Source: Azolla caroliniana (Eukaryota; Plantae; Polypodiophyta). From it: a DNA stretch of 64,000 nucleotides. Shown piece after piece: positions 37,301 through 50,698 of this stretch (positions within the stretch are counted from its first letter, which is position 1; every line of letters starts with the position of its first letter). A program made the translations under genes and the position numbers. The DNA is taken from the NCBI GenBank assembly GCA_043228905.1, contig JBHGNT010000001.1:29202001-29266000 (forward strand). Reading direction: 5' to 3'. Below the pieces are notes generated by a model. The model searched no databases. It worked only from the letters and a program-made list of their open reading frames with translations, and was not told the DNA's origin.

Positions 37301-40300
37301 AATATTTACCTCTTAATTGCAGTTCAACGACAAATCATCATATCCATATTCCATAGCCTAAACAAAAGCCAAGTTATCCCTACTCATATCATCAATTCCC
37401 AAGGTTACTAACTAGGTGTAACACTCGAAGCTCACAAAAAGAACCAGTGGCTCAAGTCTCTTCTCATCTTCATGTAGAGGCACAAGACTAATGATAAACT
37501 CCTTTCGCAGTAAAGAAAGGTTCATGATGAATGATGTAATTACCTCTAGGTCTCTTTGTACACATCACTTATCCTTTCTTATATTCATAATTCTTCTCTC
37601 ATTTCCAATGAAAAAACAATTCATGAAGAAAAGCATCAAACAAAAGCCTGCAGACATTCAGAGTAAGTTCAACATTATTCCAACTTTCACTTATTGCAGA
37701 TGTTTCATACCACATTTTAAGTCATCTTGTTACATTCAGTATCTAAATTTTAGCCTTTGAAGATGCAGAGAACTTCATGTAGAATGTGTTAAGATAGGCC
37801 ATGAATTCTCATTTTACACATTAGAGTTACCTCAGCTCCTGAAGTATGTTTGTTGTCAAAACTCTCTCCCGTTTCAACCTCCAGTTTACTCTGAAACAAA
37901 GAACAATGTATTAAAATTATAACAAGATTTATTGTCAATAATCAGAATGCAAATGTGCATTACAAATAAATTTCAGAGCTGTATACCAGATGAGACTTTA
38001 TTTTCAGTATCTCAGCTTCTAGAGCTTGCGTATTCTGGATCAATGACTGTAACATGATAAATATATCACTCTATCTTAGTGACAAAACATCAACTAAAAT
38101 ATTTTTAAAAATCAAGCAACTGCTGCTATAAGTTTCTTTGAGAAAACACCCGATACCAAGTTTCTATACAAAGAAAATATCTCTATACTCGTACATACCG
38201 CACGCCTCTGCATCTCTATGGATCTCTTAAATGCCTTCTGCTTGTTAAGCAGATTCCGTGGCCTTAGCTCATTTGGTCGTTGATAATTCTTACCACGATA
38301 CATTATAATTTCCTGTCCTTTGGATGAAGGTATTATAGCCACCAAAATTCCACCACTTTCATACTCTAACATTCTGGCAGATTCTTGCAATTGCACTGGG
38401 TCTGGTTCATTCACCACAAGCTTAACTAGCTCCCGGTGTTTCCAATGAAAATGCATGTTCTCCACAACACCATCAAATATTCCACGTCTCCCTATTATAG
38501 AGACATATTTTTAACTTCTTAACCACAGAAAGAAAAGGAAAGCTATTAGAGAATAATCAGATATGAAGATTAACCTAAGAGCAGGGTAGATTTCATCTTC
38601 ATTCCAAGTCTTCGGTACATGAATCGTTCTTCCTCTGTTATTGTTTCTACATCAGCAGGGGCTTCTATGGGAGTCATAAACGCCTCAATCTTTTGAAGAC
38701 CTTGTTCCGTCTTCTCTTTCTTCTTTAATGCCTATGGAAATTCAAAATTTGGGGTGGCCAGATGGAAAAGAGTTTAATACACATACAAAAATGCTCATCC
38801 ATTGGATGAACAAGTTACTCAGTTATTGATTTGACTTACACGATCAAGCCTTTTCTCTAATTGACGAGCGAGTGTAACTTGGTGAAGTTTAGCTACCTCT
38901 TGCTTTAGCCTTTTTTGTTCTTGAATATCCATAGTATGTACCCAAGTTGGTTTAGCATCTGGTACTTCTGAACGAATAACGTCCAGACTCGATTGAATAG
39001 AGGGAGGCCGCTTGACAGGAATGTTTCTTTCATCACGTGCTTTTTCCTCTTTTTCCTGAAGATCTCGGGCTATCAATTCTCTCTCTGTGAGTGTAGTAGC
39101 CACCTTTTGGGGAACAAAATCTTTCCCTCTGTAGAAAGTTATGAAAAATTTATCTCGTGAAAGAAGAACTCCGCCAGTAAGCCGCTGTGCGAAAGATCAA
39201 ATAACCCAACTGTTAGCTGATATCAGATGCAAATTTGGACACACATAACAACTTCGTCATGTGAAGACCCTTCATTTGTTGCCAGGTGTTCATCTATGGC
39301 TGATACGAATGTTTGTGCAAGCCCGAGAAAGATACATATAAGAAACATTCTCACCCATATTTGATCAGCCATCATCTCATTGTTTGTGTTTTGCACGCGC
39401 TTCTTAACAGCAATCTTCACGATTTCCGTTTTCTCCCATAATTTCAACATCGCAACAGCAAGCCCCTGCTGACCCTTGTTTCTACCTTCCAAAATCAACA
39501 AACACAATCAAATAAGCTAAACATCCATGAAAGCATATCTTCATATAAACGAAAATGACATTGATCGCCTTTATAAAATCTTTCTTAACATAAATTTGAA
39601 GACCAAAATATTGTTAATAAGGTAACGATTTATTACCTAATATAAAATGTGGACCAAGAGGCCGTGCAAGTCGACGAAGATTCGTGAGCTCTTCATCACT
39701 TAATCGGGGCTTTTCTCCAAAAGGCAAAAGTCTGAAGGGAGGTTTGTAATTAGGAACTTCAGGAGGTAGCAAATCTGCATCAATAGGAATAGGTCTCAAC
39801 CCTGTCCATTTCTCATATCTGGGTCCCAAACCTTCCAAGAGTCTTTCCATTTCCGTCGCTGTTTCCTTTTCCTCCTCGAAATTAGATACATGATTTCCAT
39901 TTATAGTACCCAAACCATCCTCTTCCATGCCTTTGTCCATCACAGTAGCTCTCCCATTCACTACATTGTAGTCATTACCTCTGTAAATTACTATTGCATT
40001 CTTATCTCTCCATACCACTAAGCCTCCAGTCTTTTGCTGTTGATATCAAAGTAAACACAACAACATCCATGACTACTTATTTCCATGGGTTGTAGGTCCA
40101 AAAAATGCTAGCGACATCCAAATGTTTATGTTTTTCACAGTAATTATTAAATTCACATTGCCGAACCAATAAAAAAGCGAGATTCACCTCTAGGTCGGTT
40201 AATGTATTCTTGATGTTATTTGCAGCTGGCCCCTGGCACCTAACCTTTACAAGCTCTGATGTGTTCCATTGTTGATGTATGCTTATAACAATGTTGGTTG

Positions 40301-41297
40301 TAACCCCCAGCTTTCCAATCTTAAGTCTTTCTTCCAATGCAACTGATTCCATGCGAAGCCTCTTCAATTCAAGCAGCGGGATCAAAAGATCAGCACGAGT
40401 AGGATTCCGGATCCTTCTTGGAATCAAACTTCCATCTTCTGAAGAAGCAGCATTAGCTGATCGTGACAAGATTGCCCCATTCTCATGATGAGAAGAGACA
40501 GTAGAATCGACCATAAGCGAGGGTTCCAATGCTCCAGAGGGCTGAAATCTTTCCACAACTTTGGTCACCAGTTCTTCTCTTTGACTGGTTCTCGACTCTC
40601 CTTTCGAACCCAAAATATCTCTTTTTCTAGCTCCAGATATTCCATCTCTTCTTCCAGTTCCCGAACCTTCTTTCCGAGCCGAAAAATCTCTTTGTCTGGT
40701 TCTTGATCCTTCATTTTGAGGCCCCCTTTGTCTGGTTTTCGATTCTACCTTCCAAACTGAAACATCTCTATCTGTACCTCCATCACCATCTCCATATCTA
40801 TCTTCATCTCTGTCTATGTCTCTATCTCTATCTCTACCTCTTTCTTCAGAATATCTCACTCCTTTCCGAATTGAATCATGAGGCTTTCCATCATCTTTCG
40901 AACCTTTTGTCTGCCACGGTGCTGGGCAGAAGCTAACACTACTATTACCATCACCATTGCTAGTTTTACCACGCCTGGGGAGCTTATCTGGATTTCCCTC
41001 TTGTGTAGATTTCTGCCATGGCGGAGAAGAAGAAGAAACTGGCTGATAATTCACAGGAGGGGGGCGTCTCGAAGAATAGCTCCCAAGATGTTTCTGCGGC
41101 GGTTCATGGAAGCTCGATCGTTGATCCTCAACTTCCGTCACTGACCTGGGAGACAAACGAGTGGACCTGAAGCTCTGGCTATGGAGGGCAGAATGTAGAG
41201 AGAGAGGGAATGAAGGTGTGGAAGAGGAGGAGAGGCTATGGTGGTGGTGGTGGTGTTTATCTGGGAGGAGGAATAGGGGAGGAGAAAGCAATGCCAT
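34336..41297 (-). CDS. CFM2: CRM-domain chloroplast intron splicing factor, CRS1 subfamily, four CRM domains (CFM2-like), ~1160 aa
   Basis: Phase-consistent GT-AG exons: 41297-40188, 40036-39637, 39485-39355, 39184-38840, 38731-38575, 38491-38199, 38046-37987, 37890-37831, 36030-35832, 35211-35081, 34932-34336. Ser/Pro-rich transit-like N-terminus. CRM1 IGKLGVT..ELVKVRC..TGGLVVW..IYRG; CRM2 [24 protein letters not shown]; CRM3 [25 protein letters not shown]; CRM4 [35 protein letters not shown]. Four CRM domains fit CFM2. Confidence 0.88.
35329..35697. repeat. Intronic direct duplication (~150 bp x2)
   Basis: CTACTTATC..AGCACTTCAAATTTCTGACATTAGAGAGACTAAA..ACCACTCCAGAGGTGAGA occurs at ~35329-35482 and ~35541-35697. 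Confidence 0.9.
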
Positions 41298-41411
41298 GTA
41301 TATGTATCTCTCTCTCCCTCTCCAACTCTATCGCTCTGTTTCTGACCCTCTGTGTCTGTGTCTGTGCAGGGCTCAGCTACCCATCATCTTCCTCTTCCTA
41401 CTCTTCCTCTG

Positions 41412-41445
41412 CTTCTTCTTCTTCTTCTTCTTCTTCTTCTTCTTC
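41412..41445. repeat. (CTT)n microsatellite upstream of the CFM2-like start codon
   Basis: About 11 CTT units. Confidence 0.9.
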
Positions 41446-41724
41446 TCCCCTTATCCATTTCTTCTGCCTTCAAAACCCCTCTCTACATTTAGAGGGGTAT
41501 ATAATTATTAGCAGGAAGGGTATAGCGTGAAATTATCAAAACCCACTGGAAAACACCCTCTCTACTTTTAGAGGGATATATAATCCTTAGGGGCAGCAAA
41601 AACCACTGAATATACACCCCTCTCTACTTCTATCGGCAATGCCGACAAAATGACGCATGCCCCTTTCATCTCTCATTCTTCCAACTCCCCCATCCTACAA
41701 CTTCTTGTCATCTTACACCCTCTG

Positions 41725-41757
<33 letters not shown>

Positions 41758-42899
41758 ATACTAATTGCATTGCACTACGTAGCATTTTATCTAGTTCCTC
41801 CGCTCAACAAAGTAGCTTCACTAACCCAGAGGTAACCATTATGAAGTCTACAATTATGTTTCCAGAATTAATTGCAATGATTAAGTGTCACAATCTTCAC
41901 TCCCAACAGTGTACCTTTCTAGAAGGATAACAATGGTTTCACATGTAGAAAAGCATGATTGGGATCATTTGATTGACTGTATGTTAACTTCAAAAGGTAT
42001 TCCAAGATACACAAATCTTAGCTTTGGTGAATGCACTCGATAATTAGATCATAAAACTTCTCGATCTCAAATGTTTGGCAAAATATTCATGGCACTTCAT
42101 CGAATCCACCAATAGCTTCAAGTGTCTACCATAATGGAAATAGCATGGTTTTGTAATGCATCATCGATAATATATTCAAATTTTCTCTTTATAAAGCCTT
42201 TGCATAATAATAATGAACTTTATATATTGATCAAAACACTCTTCGAACACGTAAAGTTCAACCATACCTAAGTCAATATTTCGAAATGGCATATATTTAT
42301 GCAAAGATGGTTAAAAGAGGCAATGCTAGGGTGCAAGCACAAGCTTTCAACAAGTTACTTGAAGTACCTGTCTAATGAAGGCACAAGTACTTTTATGTGA
42401 TGCATGCCTCATGAAGGCACAAAAATGTTAAGTGCTTTGATGGGGAATGCCAAGCTGCCCAAACATTAAGACATATCAAAAGCTTTAAAAAAACTATGAG
42501 AAATATCTACATACATACAAGGCTTATTTAAAATAAAATGAGAATATAGAAAGGAATGCCTATTCTCACCAACTTCCTTTACACCAAATCTTATGAATCT
42601 CTTCAAAAAGTTTCAATAGCTCAAAACAAATGTTATGTGTGATAACTCATGATAAGGATGCACCATGCTTTGCACAACAAATGAACCACTTGATACAATG
42701 GAATTCCTCATTGAGGCGATCTGAACACAAGGAAAGTCATCGCTATCTTATCAAGCAAGTGCCATATGACAATAACAAGATTATTTATTTTAATTATAAA
42801 CAATACAAGTAGACAACACATTAAGACATTACTATCATATTTTCCAATCTCCTCCTTGATGCTTACTCTCTTTCATCAATGTTTTAATTACAAAACATC

Positions 42900-45800
42900 T
42901 CAACAAAGCTTGTGAATGTCATTCACATTGGCAGCAGATGCAAGGGTGTTATCCTCGAGCTTCTTCCACCAATCAAAGAGGAAATTATCGACGACAAGAC
43001 GAAACCACGGAGAGAGTTTCACGCCTCCCTCACCAGCATCGGCCTTTCTTAAGAGCTCCTTTAATTGCTCTTTGTTAACATACATCACGTCTGCAACTTC
43101 ATCTGGATTTGGTTGTAAACTCACATCTCGCACAAGAAACAACAAGTAGTCTACTGCAAGTGCCCAAAGTAAACAACACTCAATTTAATAAATACACTTC
43201 CAGCATTCCATATTTGAGCCTCTCTACTTCAATAACTATTATTCTGTATGTTAATTGTTCAGGAAATTTACTAAAGATACCATTTTGTTTCTCAGAAGAT
43301 TCCCCAAAATATCCCACAGTTTTAAAAATTGTCAATATACTTTTTCCCTCACTCACTCTCTCAAGGCTTGCTCCAGAGCTTCATAAGCTCAGGTAATCAA
43401 CCTTATAGTAGCAGAGGAATACTTCATTGATTTCTTCCAAAATATGCTTGTACCTCCATTGACAATGTGCCAAAGAGTCACCATTGAGTGAGCAGAGGAA
43501 TACCGATAACAATCGAGCAGGGAATTACAAGGCACACAAGCCATACCATGTCTGAGCTGTTTGAAGACACCTAAATGCAATCTGTGTACTCCTTACCTCT
43601 CTTTACACCACACTCCACTTACCTCTCTTTACACCACCAACATCGGATACCATGCCCCCCTTACCATCACTCATCCCCTAAACAGTAGTTTTGCACTTAT
43701 GCTTGTAGACCTATCTCATGAATCATTGCTGGTTGTAAAGCCACCTCATCCATTAAGACCAGTATCAAGTATTTTTAGGAAACCTAGCACCTTTATTATT
43801 TTACTTGATATGCATAGCCTTATGTTATTCATATTTTTAATCACAATTTCTATCATACGCCAATTTTGGCCTCTATTAGACAGTAATATGTCTTTCTTTC
43901 TTTCTCTCTACAATTTCTATCCTGCTCTAGAAATTGTAAAGAAACTTGTCGCAATAGATGGATGTTATTATCATCATCCTTGAAAATTAAACATGACCTA
44001 TGGAACCAAAGCAAAACATTTTCACATAGTGTCTATGTGGAATTGGTAAGTCACCCTCAATGTTCAAGACCTCTTCTGTTGAACATTGCAATTGAGAGTG
44101 CACACTGCATGGTTATAAGTTGGGTTATTTTGGAAGTTCCGTGAAAACATAGAGATCTTTTTGGTAAATTTGCTTAGAAATATTTGGGGAGAAAAGACCT
44201 ATAAGATTGTTCATAAATCTCAGCTACTTACGTTCATGCTCTCCCCATTTCCCATCGGACGGAGCTTTATACAAAATGCGTCCAAGAAATGTGAAATCAT
44301 CAACCGGTGCATCTGCTGCCACGATTCCAAGTTCATCATAAAGTTTCCTTTGTGCTGCATTCTTGACACCTGATTGAAAATACAAAATAAAGCAAGAAAA
44401 CAGAATGATGTAGAGAAACTTATTATTTGGGATGAAGTATTTGACAAGGGCTTTCAGATCATCATACCCAAAAAGTTATCTTCTATTAACTCTGATTCCC
44501 TATACAAAGGGTGACTGCAGCATGTATTTGTCCAAACTAGAGGGAAGGTAACTTTGGTCGAAGACCGTTTCTGCTGGTCATAAGAATCCCTTCATCAAAT
44601 TGAAAATCACTACTAAATTATATATAAAGCAGTTAAGGAAAGTTGAAAAAAATAGGACCTGTAACAATAATTCATGTTTCTCGTTAAATAAGAATACGCT
44701 AAACGCTCGATGCAATGCTTTACCAGCATCGATATTCTCCATCAGGTGACCTGAACCCATAAATGAATATACAACACACTTTCGTTTTAGGAATGTGTGT
44801 GTGTCGAACATTTCTATAATCAACTCTGGAACATTTTACATATGAATATAACTCACAGTTGTACTTAGAATCATGCCCCACGACTTTGTCATTCTCATCT
44901 ACCAATATGCATCTGCCACAAGAATGAATCTCTCTCCTTACCTACCTCTCTCTTCCTCATTCCCTCCCTCCCTCAATTAGTGGACACTTTATATTGATGC
45001 TGGCATATCACCATATTTCTCTCGCTATATCCCAATGATATAGTACACACATCATCATCGAATACATATAAAGGTTTGTGTAAGGTACTCAGCATATCTG
45101 GGAGTAGAAGCATTTAGAAGACAAAATGGAAATGATTCTAGAAAAACAAGCTTGAAGCATCGGTACATCAGAGTGCAAGTGACTATGCCATGTGCATCGT
45201 TGCTATCACTTGGTATATGACTAAGCAGTTGCTAATGGGTATATGCAGAATATTGCGGATGTCAAGAATATGCACTATTGAAAATCGAGCTTTTTCTAAG
45301 GGATATATGAAGATTAATTGCAGAAGTGACTGGATGTTTTGATTTAATTAAAACATCGAACTTTTTTTAAGGGGTGTATGAGAACTATTGTCAAAGTCGT
45401 TAAATGTGAACACCAAGCTTTTCCTATGCGGTCTGTGAGGAGTATTGCTGAAGTCAAGAATGGGATAATATATCATAGAGATAGGTAGATTCTATAATTG
45501 TCCTTAGATGTCAAATCTGAGCTATTGGGAACCAAAAATGAACATTTTCTTGTATTTTGTATAGAGTTGAGTAATGGACGTCGCAATTAAAAGTGCACGC
45601 TATGACTATGAGAGAAATATATCTAGGCATTGGAGCAGATTGACTATATCTGAAAAGCAAAATGGAACATGATTGAAGGTGAATCATTATATCAAAGTGT
45701 AATTCTCATACTCACGAACATGCTCGGGGAGAAATATGCAGTCATCTAGTCTCCTCGCATGTGCCACAACTAAGGGAATGGGATGTAATTCGTATGGAAC

Positions 45801-46203
45801 CGATGGGTGCGGATGGTGAACCAAGGGATGGTTCTCTAGCATGTTTCACAAAATGTGATTTTCCCCCAGAGAGAGAGAGAGAGAGAGAGAAAGAGACTTA
45901 CTCATCCTCAAACATAAGGCGCTTCTGCACAGGATCCATGGTTTCTGCGAGACTATTACTACTTCTCATGAGAATAGTAGAATTGTGAAGGGACCCTCTC
46001 GTCCTCCAGGTGGAGAAGAGAGAAGCACTCTGATGATGATGATCTGTTGTTGCTGATGGAATGAGATGAAGAGATCTAAAGGAGCGAGTTGGAGAGAAGA
46101 TAAAGGCTTCTGATGATGACGATGATGATAGTGGTGGTGATGAAGACGATGAGGCGATGATGAGGATGGAGCGAGTTGTGTGAGCTGCTCTGCACAACGC
46201 CAT
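42900..46203 (-). CDS. IDI: Isopentenyl-diphosphate delta-isomerase (type I, Nudix fold) with N-terminal transit peptide, ~314 aa
   Basis: Exons: 46203-45902, 44912-44857, 44750-44659, 44570-44468, 44369-44232, 43153-42900 (945 nt, in frame). Motifs: [103 protein letters not shown]. Confidence 0.96.
43389..43960 (-). mobile_element. Possible decayed LINE 3' end (zf-RVT-like) in the last IDI intron
   Basis: Fragmentary minus-strand reading [16 protein letters not shown] resembles the W..W..R...IF tail of plant L1 ORF2 and is preceded by an eroded Cys/His segment. No intact ORF. Confidence 0.35.
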
Positions 46204-46575
46204 AGCTTGCTTGGGTGCTGCGTGCTGAGCAGTGAGCTCGAATCGAAGGGAAAAAATCGCCCACAAACAAATAAATAAATAAAATCAACAGAAGAAAGAG
46301 ACCCAAAAAATAGAAAAGGAACAAAACGCTTGATTGAAAATTGAGATCGATGGGTTTACTCTTCTTCATCTCTCCTCTCTCAGTTTTTCTGTCTTTTTAA
46401 ACCATTTCACACTTCATTCGTTCATCTCACGAGTCACCCCCCACGCAGGAGGCAGCAAGGAAGAAAATCAGCTCCCTCTCTCTCTCTCTCTCTCTCTATT
46501 ACTTCATACATATCTCTTAATTCACAAATTGCAAGTTGCAACTTTGGGATGTAGGGGTTGAACCCATGACCTCCT

Positions 46576-46577
<2 letters not shown>

Positions 46578-46633
<56 letters not shown>
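46578..46633. repeat. (CT)n microsatellite upstream of IDI
   Basis: About 27 CT units; a shorter (CT)n lies at ~46476-46497. Confidence 0.95.
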
Positions 46634-46639
<6 letters not shown>

Positions 46640-49600
46640 GTTGTAAACCAATTTCTTTCTTTCTTTCTCACATACATGCTCTGGTAAGACTCTCCATGTT
46701 CCATTCACTTCCTCGTGAAGTAAACTTAACGAAAACCTCTTTTGTATTTGGGTTTCCCGACTCCCCCTGCCCATTCCCCTCCCTTTGTCCCCGCAACACA
46801 CCACCATCGTGATATGTTAACCCCATACACACATGTGGGTGCGTTTGCCATACCTCACTATGTCTCTTGCTTTACTTTTTTTCCCTCTTTCGGTGTGTTT
46901 CTTTTTCACGTGTGTATCGCTATATTAGCCCCATGCATGTTGCACATGTTGGTCCTTGCCTCACTATGTCTCTCGTGTGACTTGTTTGCCCGTTTCAATG
47001 TGTTGCTTTTTCACATGTGTAGCATTCAACATGCTTATGAACAACACATCAATGTGTACATGCATCCCTTTCAACACACATGTGGCTTCTTTGCCCTTTA
47101 TTGTTGTTACTTTAGATACATGGCTCTAACAAACACTAACATGGATTGAGACCAATAGAACTTTTCAATGTGGACACATGTGCCCAAATATATGCTCAAC
47201 TTCTTTGCTTACATTGTTATTTTTTGTATACCTAACACGAAACATGCTTACAAACTATGATCTCATATTGCTTGCTATCCTTTATCGATGTCTTGGACCT
47301 TATTATATGAAATGAAATTGCTCTTTGTGTTGTTTTATGCGGCAGGCATCCCAAATTCCAAATTCCATGCGGTGATATTCTTATTTCAATATTTACTTAT
47401 ATACAGACTAAAGCACGCCAAACTCTATTGACCTTCATTCACCTTCTTAAAGCAATCCAGAGTCAAGGGGCTTATATGCCAACCCTTAAATGACAATAAA
47501 CAAATTTATTTTCTAGTTTATGTATCTCATTTCCATGAGCTTTTTGAGATATTGTCTCTTCAAACTTCACTTCCAAAGTAAGAAATAACTTATAAACGTT
47601 TGGATAAAATAAAACTAAAAAGAACCCACACACAATACTTGACTCATTTAGGTTAAAGTTCATGACAAAAAGACATCAAATTCGCACTTTACCCCTCAAA
47701 CATCAATTGATTTCACAAACACTGAGTAATTTATAGCTTATTTGCAGTTACATAAGTATGTTGTGTTGAGTTTATATGTGATAATCAACGTACGTACTAA
47801 TTTTACTAATTCACATTGTAATAATTAGTACACATCGTGGAGGAGGAAGGGAGTTATTGAATGCATGGAAAATCCATGGCTGAAAATGTAAAGGAAATAA
47901 GTTTGAATGTGATTGTTACGATGAAAGATTTACCATTGTGAAGTTTATACTAGTGAGCTTCTTCATTAAAAAAAGCATTATAGTCAATGACTTGTCTCAT
48001 CTAACATCAAATACAATGTGACCAAGTACTATGGAAAAAATGGTGTATATTGTACATAAGGTTCATGTAAAACTACATACATAGAACCAATGCTTATACT
48101 TCGACAATAAATAACATATTTTACAATCGATAGATGTATTGTCATAGAAGAAAGTGATGGGGAAGTCGCTTGTTACTTGGGACATGTGTACATGATAACA
48201 TACAAGCGGTCCGAAAATTCCTAGCCATAGGAAAAATTAATGATATTGAGCATAAATGTTGTGGAGCAGATGATGTTTGTAATGATGAAAAAAAACAAAT
48301 GATTGACTTGGTGCAAGTTCTTGCGGAATGTATTCAAATTGTGCATTATGCATGCTACAAATAACTAACAATACTAACTTATCATGAATCACATTATCAC
48401 AATCAATTAATTGTTCAATGGTAGTATAGCCATGTTATTTAGGAGGCTTCACTCTCTTTTGTACTTGCAAACCATAATATATGTCTTAATCAACTAGAAA
48501 AATCTATAAGCAAGAAATCAAGTTTGCGAAAGGCCCATAATGCATCTATACACTCCACAATTCGTTCCCAACCACACAAACATGATGAGGAACCTTTAAC
48601 GTAGTAATTTCATATGGTTAGAGAACACATAACAATTTATTACAATTAGAAGGTCTCATATTTCCCAACATATAAAAGTATTAGTAGTCATTACATTGCA
48701 ACAAAAACAGCTCAACGCGAGAAGCTAGAAGAAAGTGGCATTGTAAGGCAAGTGAAAAAAATGTGCACGATTTTAAGGCAACTGAACAATTTGGCATTGT
48801 TAGTGCTAGTAAGAATTTGAAGGTTCTAATATCAGTAGTGTACAATATCATTAAGAATCAATTTTGTATTTATGACCATCATTTCTATGCGTCAATGTGA
48901 GATCAATATTTGAATAATGATCCAAATCAAGAGACCAATAATGGTGTGAAATATCAATAGGTTATGTAATATCTTCTTCTGTTAGGTAATTGGCTAACTT
49001 GCTAAATGGTTGGCAACAAAAGTTCATATATGGAGCAACATAAATTGAAGGACTAGAATCTTGAACTTCATACTCAAATGGAGAAATAAACAATGTGGAG
49101 CCTATATCCTAAGATGGGTTTCTAATTGAAGCACGCTATTTAAGATTATGTAATTTATAAAAGATTTATACGCAAATACATTGGTATCATGATATGAACT
49201 ATCTTTGATTAATGTAAAAATACAAGCCACAAGAGGATTGCATACAATGAGGATGCACAAGAGAATGGATTTACAATGAAATGGAACAGGATTCAATCAA
49301 ACGACTCAAGCTCAAGACAATAATATAGTAGATATACAAAAAAGGGGACAATAACTCAAGATTCTATCTCATAACCTTAGACGGTGGTGATATATCACTA
49401 GAGAGTGCACTAGTGGTTAGTAATAAGCATAATCAACTGTAGTGTCTCGAAGTCCAATGTATCATGTCACAAGAGTGACAATAGTTTAGTTAGGGCAACG
49501 TAGATAGGGAGGTAACATTGATTGGTTGCTATGCCAAGGAACCACACATCTACCTTTCATCAATATAGGAAAGCTAGATTATTAGATGTTAATTGGACAA

Positions 49601-50698
49601 TGCTAATAGCACTGTATTAACAAGCCAAGTTACTTGGCTTGACGATTTGTGCAATAAACTAACAATAAATAGTTGCAAACATTTGATTCTCATCCATTGC
49701 ATGTATTTTCCAGTGCAAGAAGGTAGAAAGGCCTTAATTGAGATGGTTAAAGATATATGGCATGTAGTTAAAGAGATATGTTAGACGGTGTAGCAAAGAT
49801 GAGTGAAAAACTGTGAAGCCACAACCTTGAGTTGATGGCCACTATTTACCATCTTGATAAAAGTGATCTTCCATGATTCAATAAATACACACCCACTAAA
49901 TCAAGGGCATTTTCTGTAGCTTTTACACAATCTAATAAATAAATGCTATCCATGGATTTCCGTGTTGTTATGCATTGGTCTTTTTTAATGTCCTTATGAA
50001 ATCCAAAAAGAAAAAAGAAAATTAATAATTACACCATAATTGATTTAATTTCAAAGCTACTCTGCCACATCCAACGATTTGTCTAGGACCTTCCCGAATA
50101 ACTCGGGAAGAGACCATACTCTGGCAGATTTAACACTACTTCTGGCCAGTTAATGCACAATCTGATCATCATTCTTGTTGCAATATACCCAATATACATC
50201 TAGAAAAGAGATTTGCTAGCTATTGCATAGAAACAGAATATATTTATGTATAAAACAAGCATGAATTTGCTCATTTGTAATGTTTTAAACTTGTACTCCC
50301 CTCAAGGCAGATATTAGGCAAAACATCGATGTTTCTGACACCTATTCTTGCTTCTGTTCCACAAGAGTGGAAAGTTAAACAGGTAGTTTAAAACAATCTC
50401 TGCATAATTTTTAGACCTCATTAGCTAATGCTAGACATATAATATTGATTCCAAGTAAATTAGGCAATTATAATGATAGTTTCATGAAATTCTGTGGTAA
50501 CAGCTTCATCACAACTTAATACCTTTCTACGCAATTCTTTGCATTGATTATATTGTGTCTGCAAACGTGTTGTCACCTGTTAGTATATGACATCTCAGGA
50601 TATGTAAACTTGCAAGTCAATTATAGAAAATAGAAGAAAATTACCAATTTCAACTCCTGGTTTATGAAAAGCATGGATATTATACATAAGGGTAAACG

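Noticed and set aside
37526-37650. Possible extra CFM2 exon in the long intron (acceptor-like CTGCAG and donor-like GTAATT)
   Set aside because: An early in-frame stop follows the acceptor, and the flanking exons already join in phase 0.
16046-46203. Clustering of organelle-related genes (two PPRs, CFM2, IDI) as a functional gene cluster
   Set aside because: PPR genes are very numerous in such genomes and no shared regulatory or pathway link is visible; chance adjacency is sufficient.
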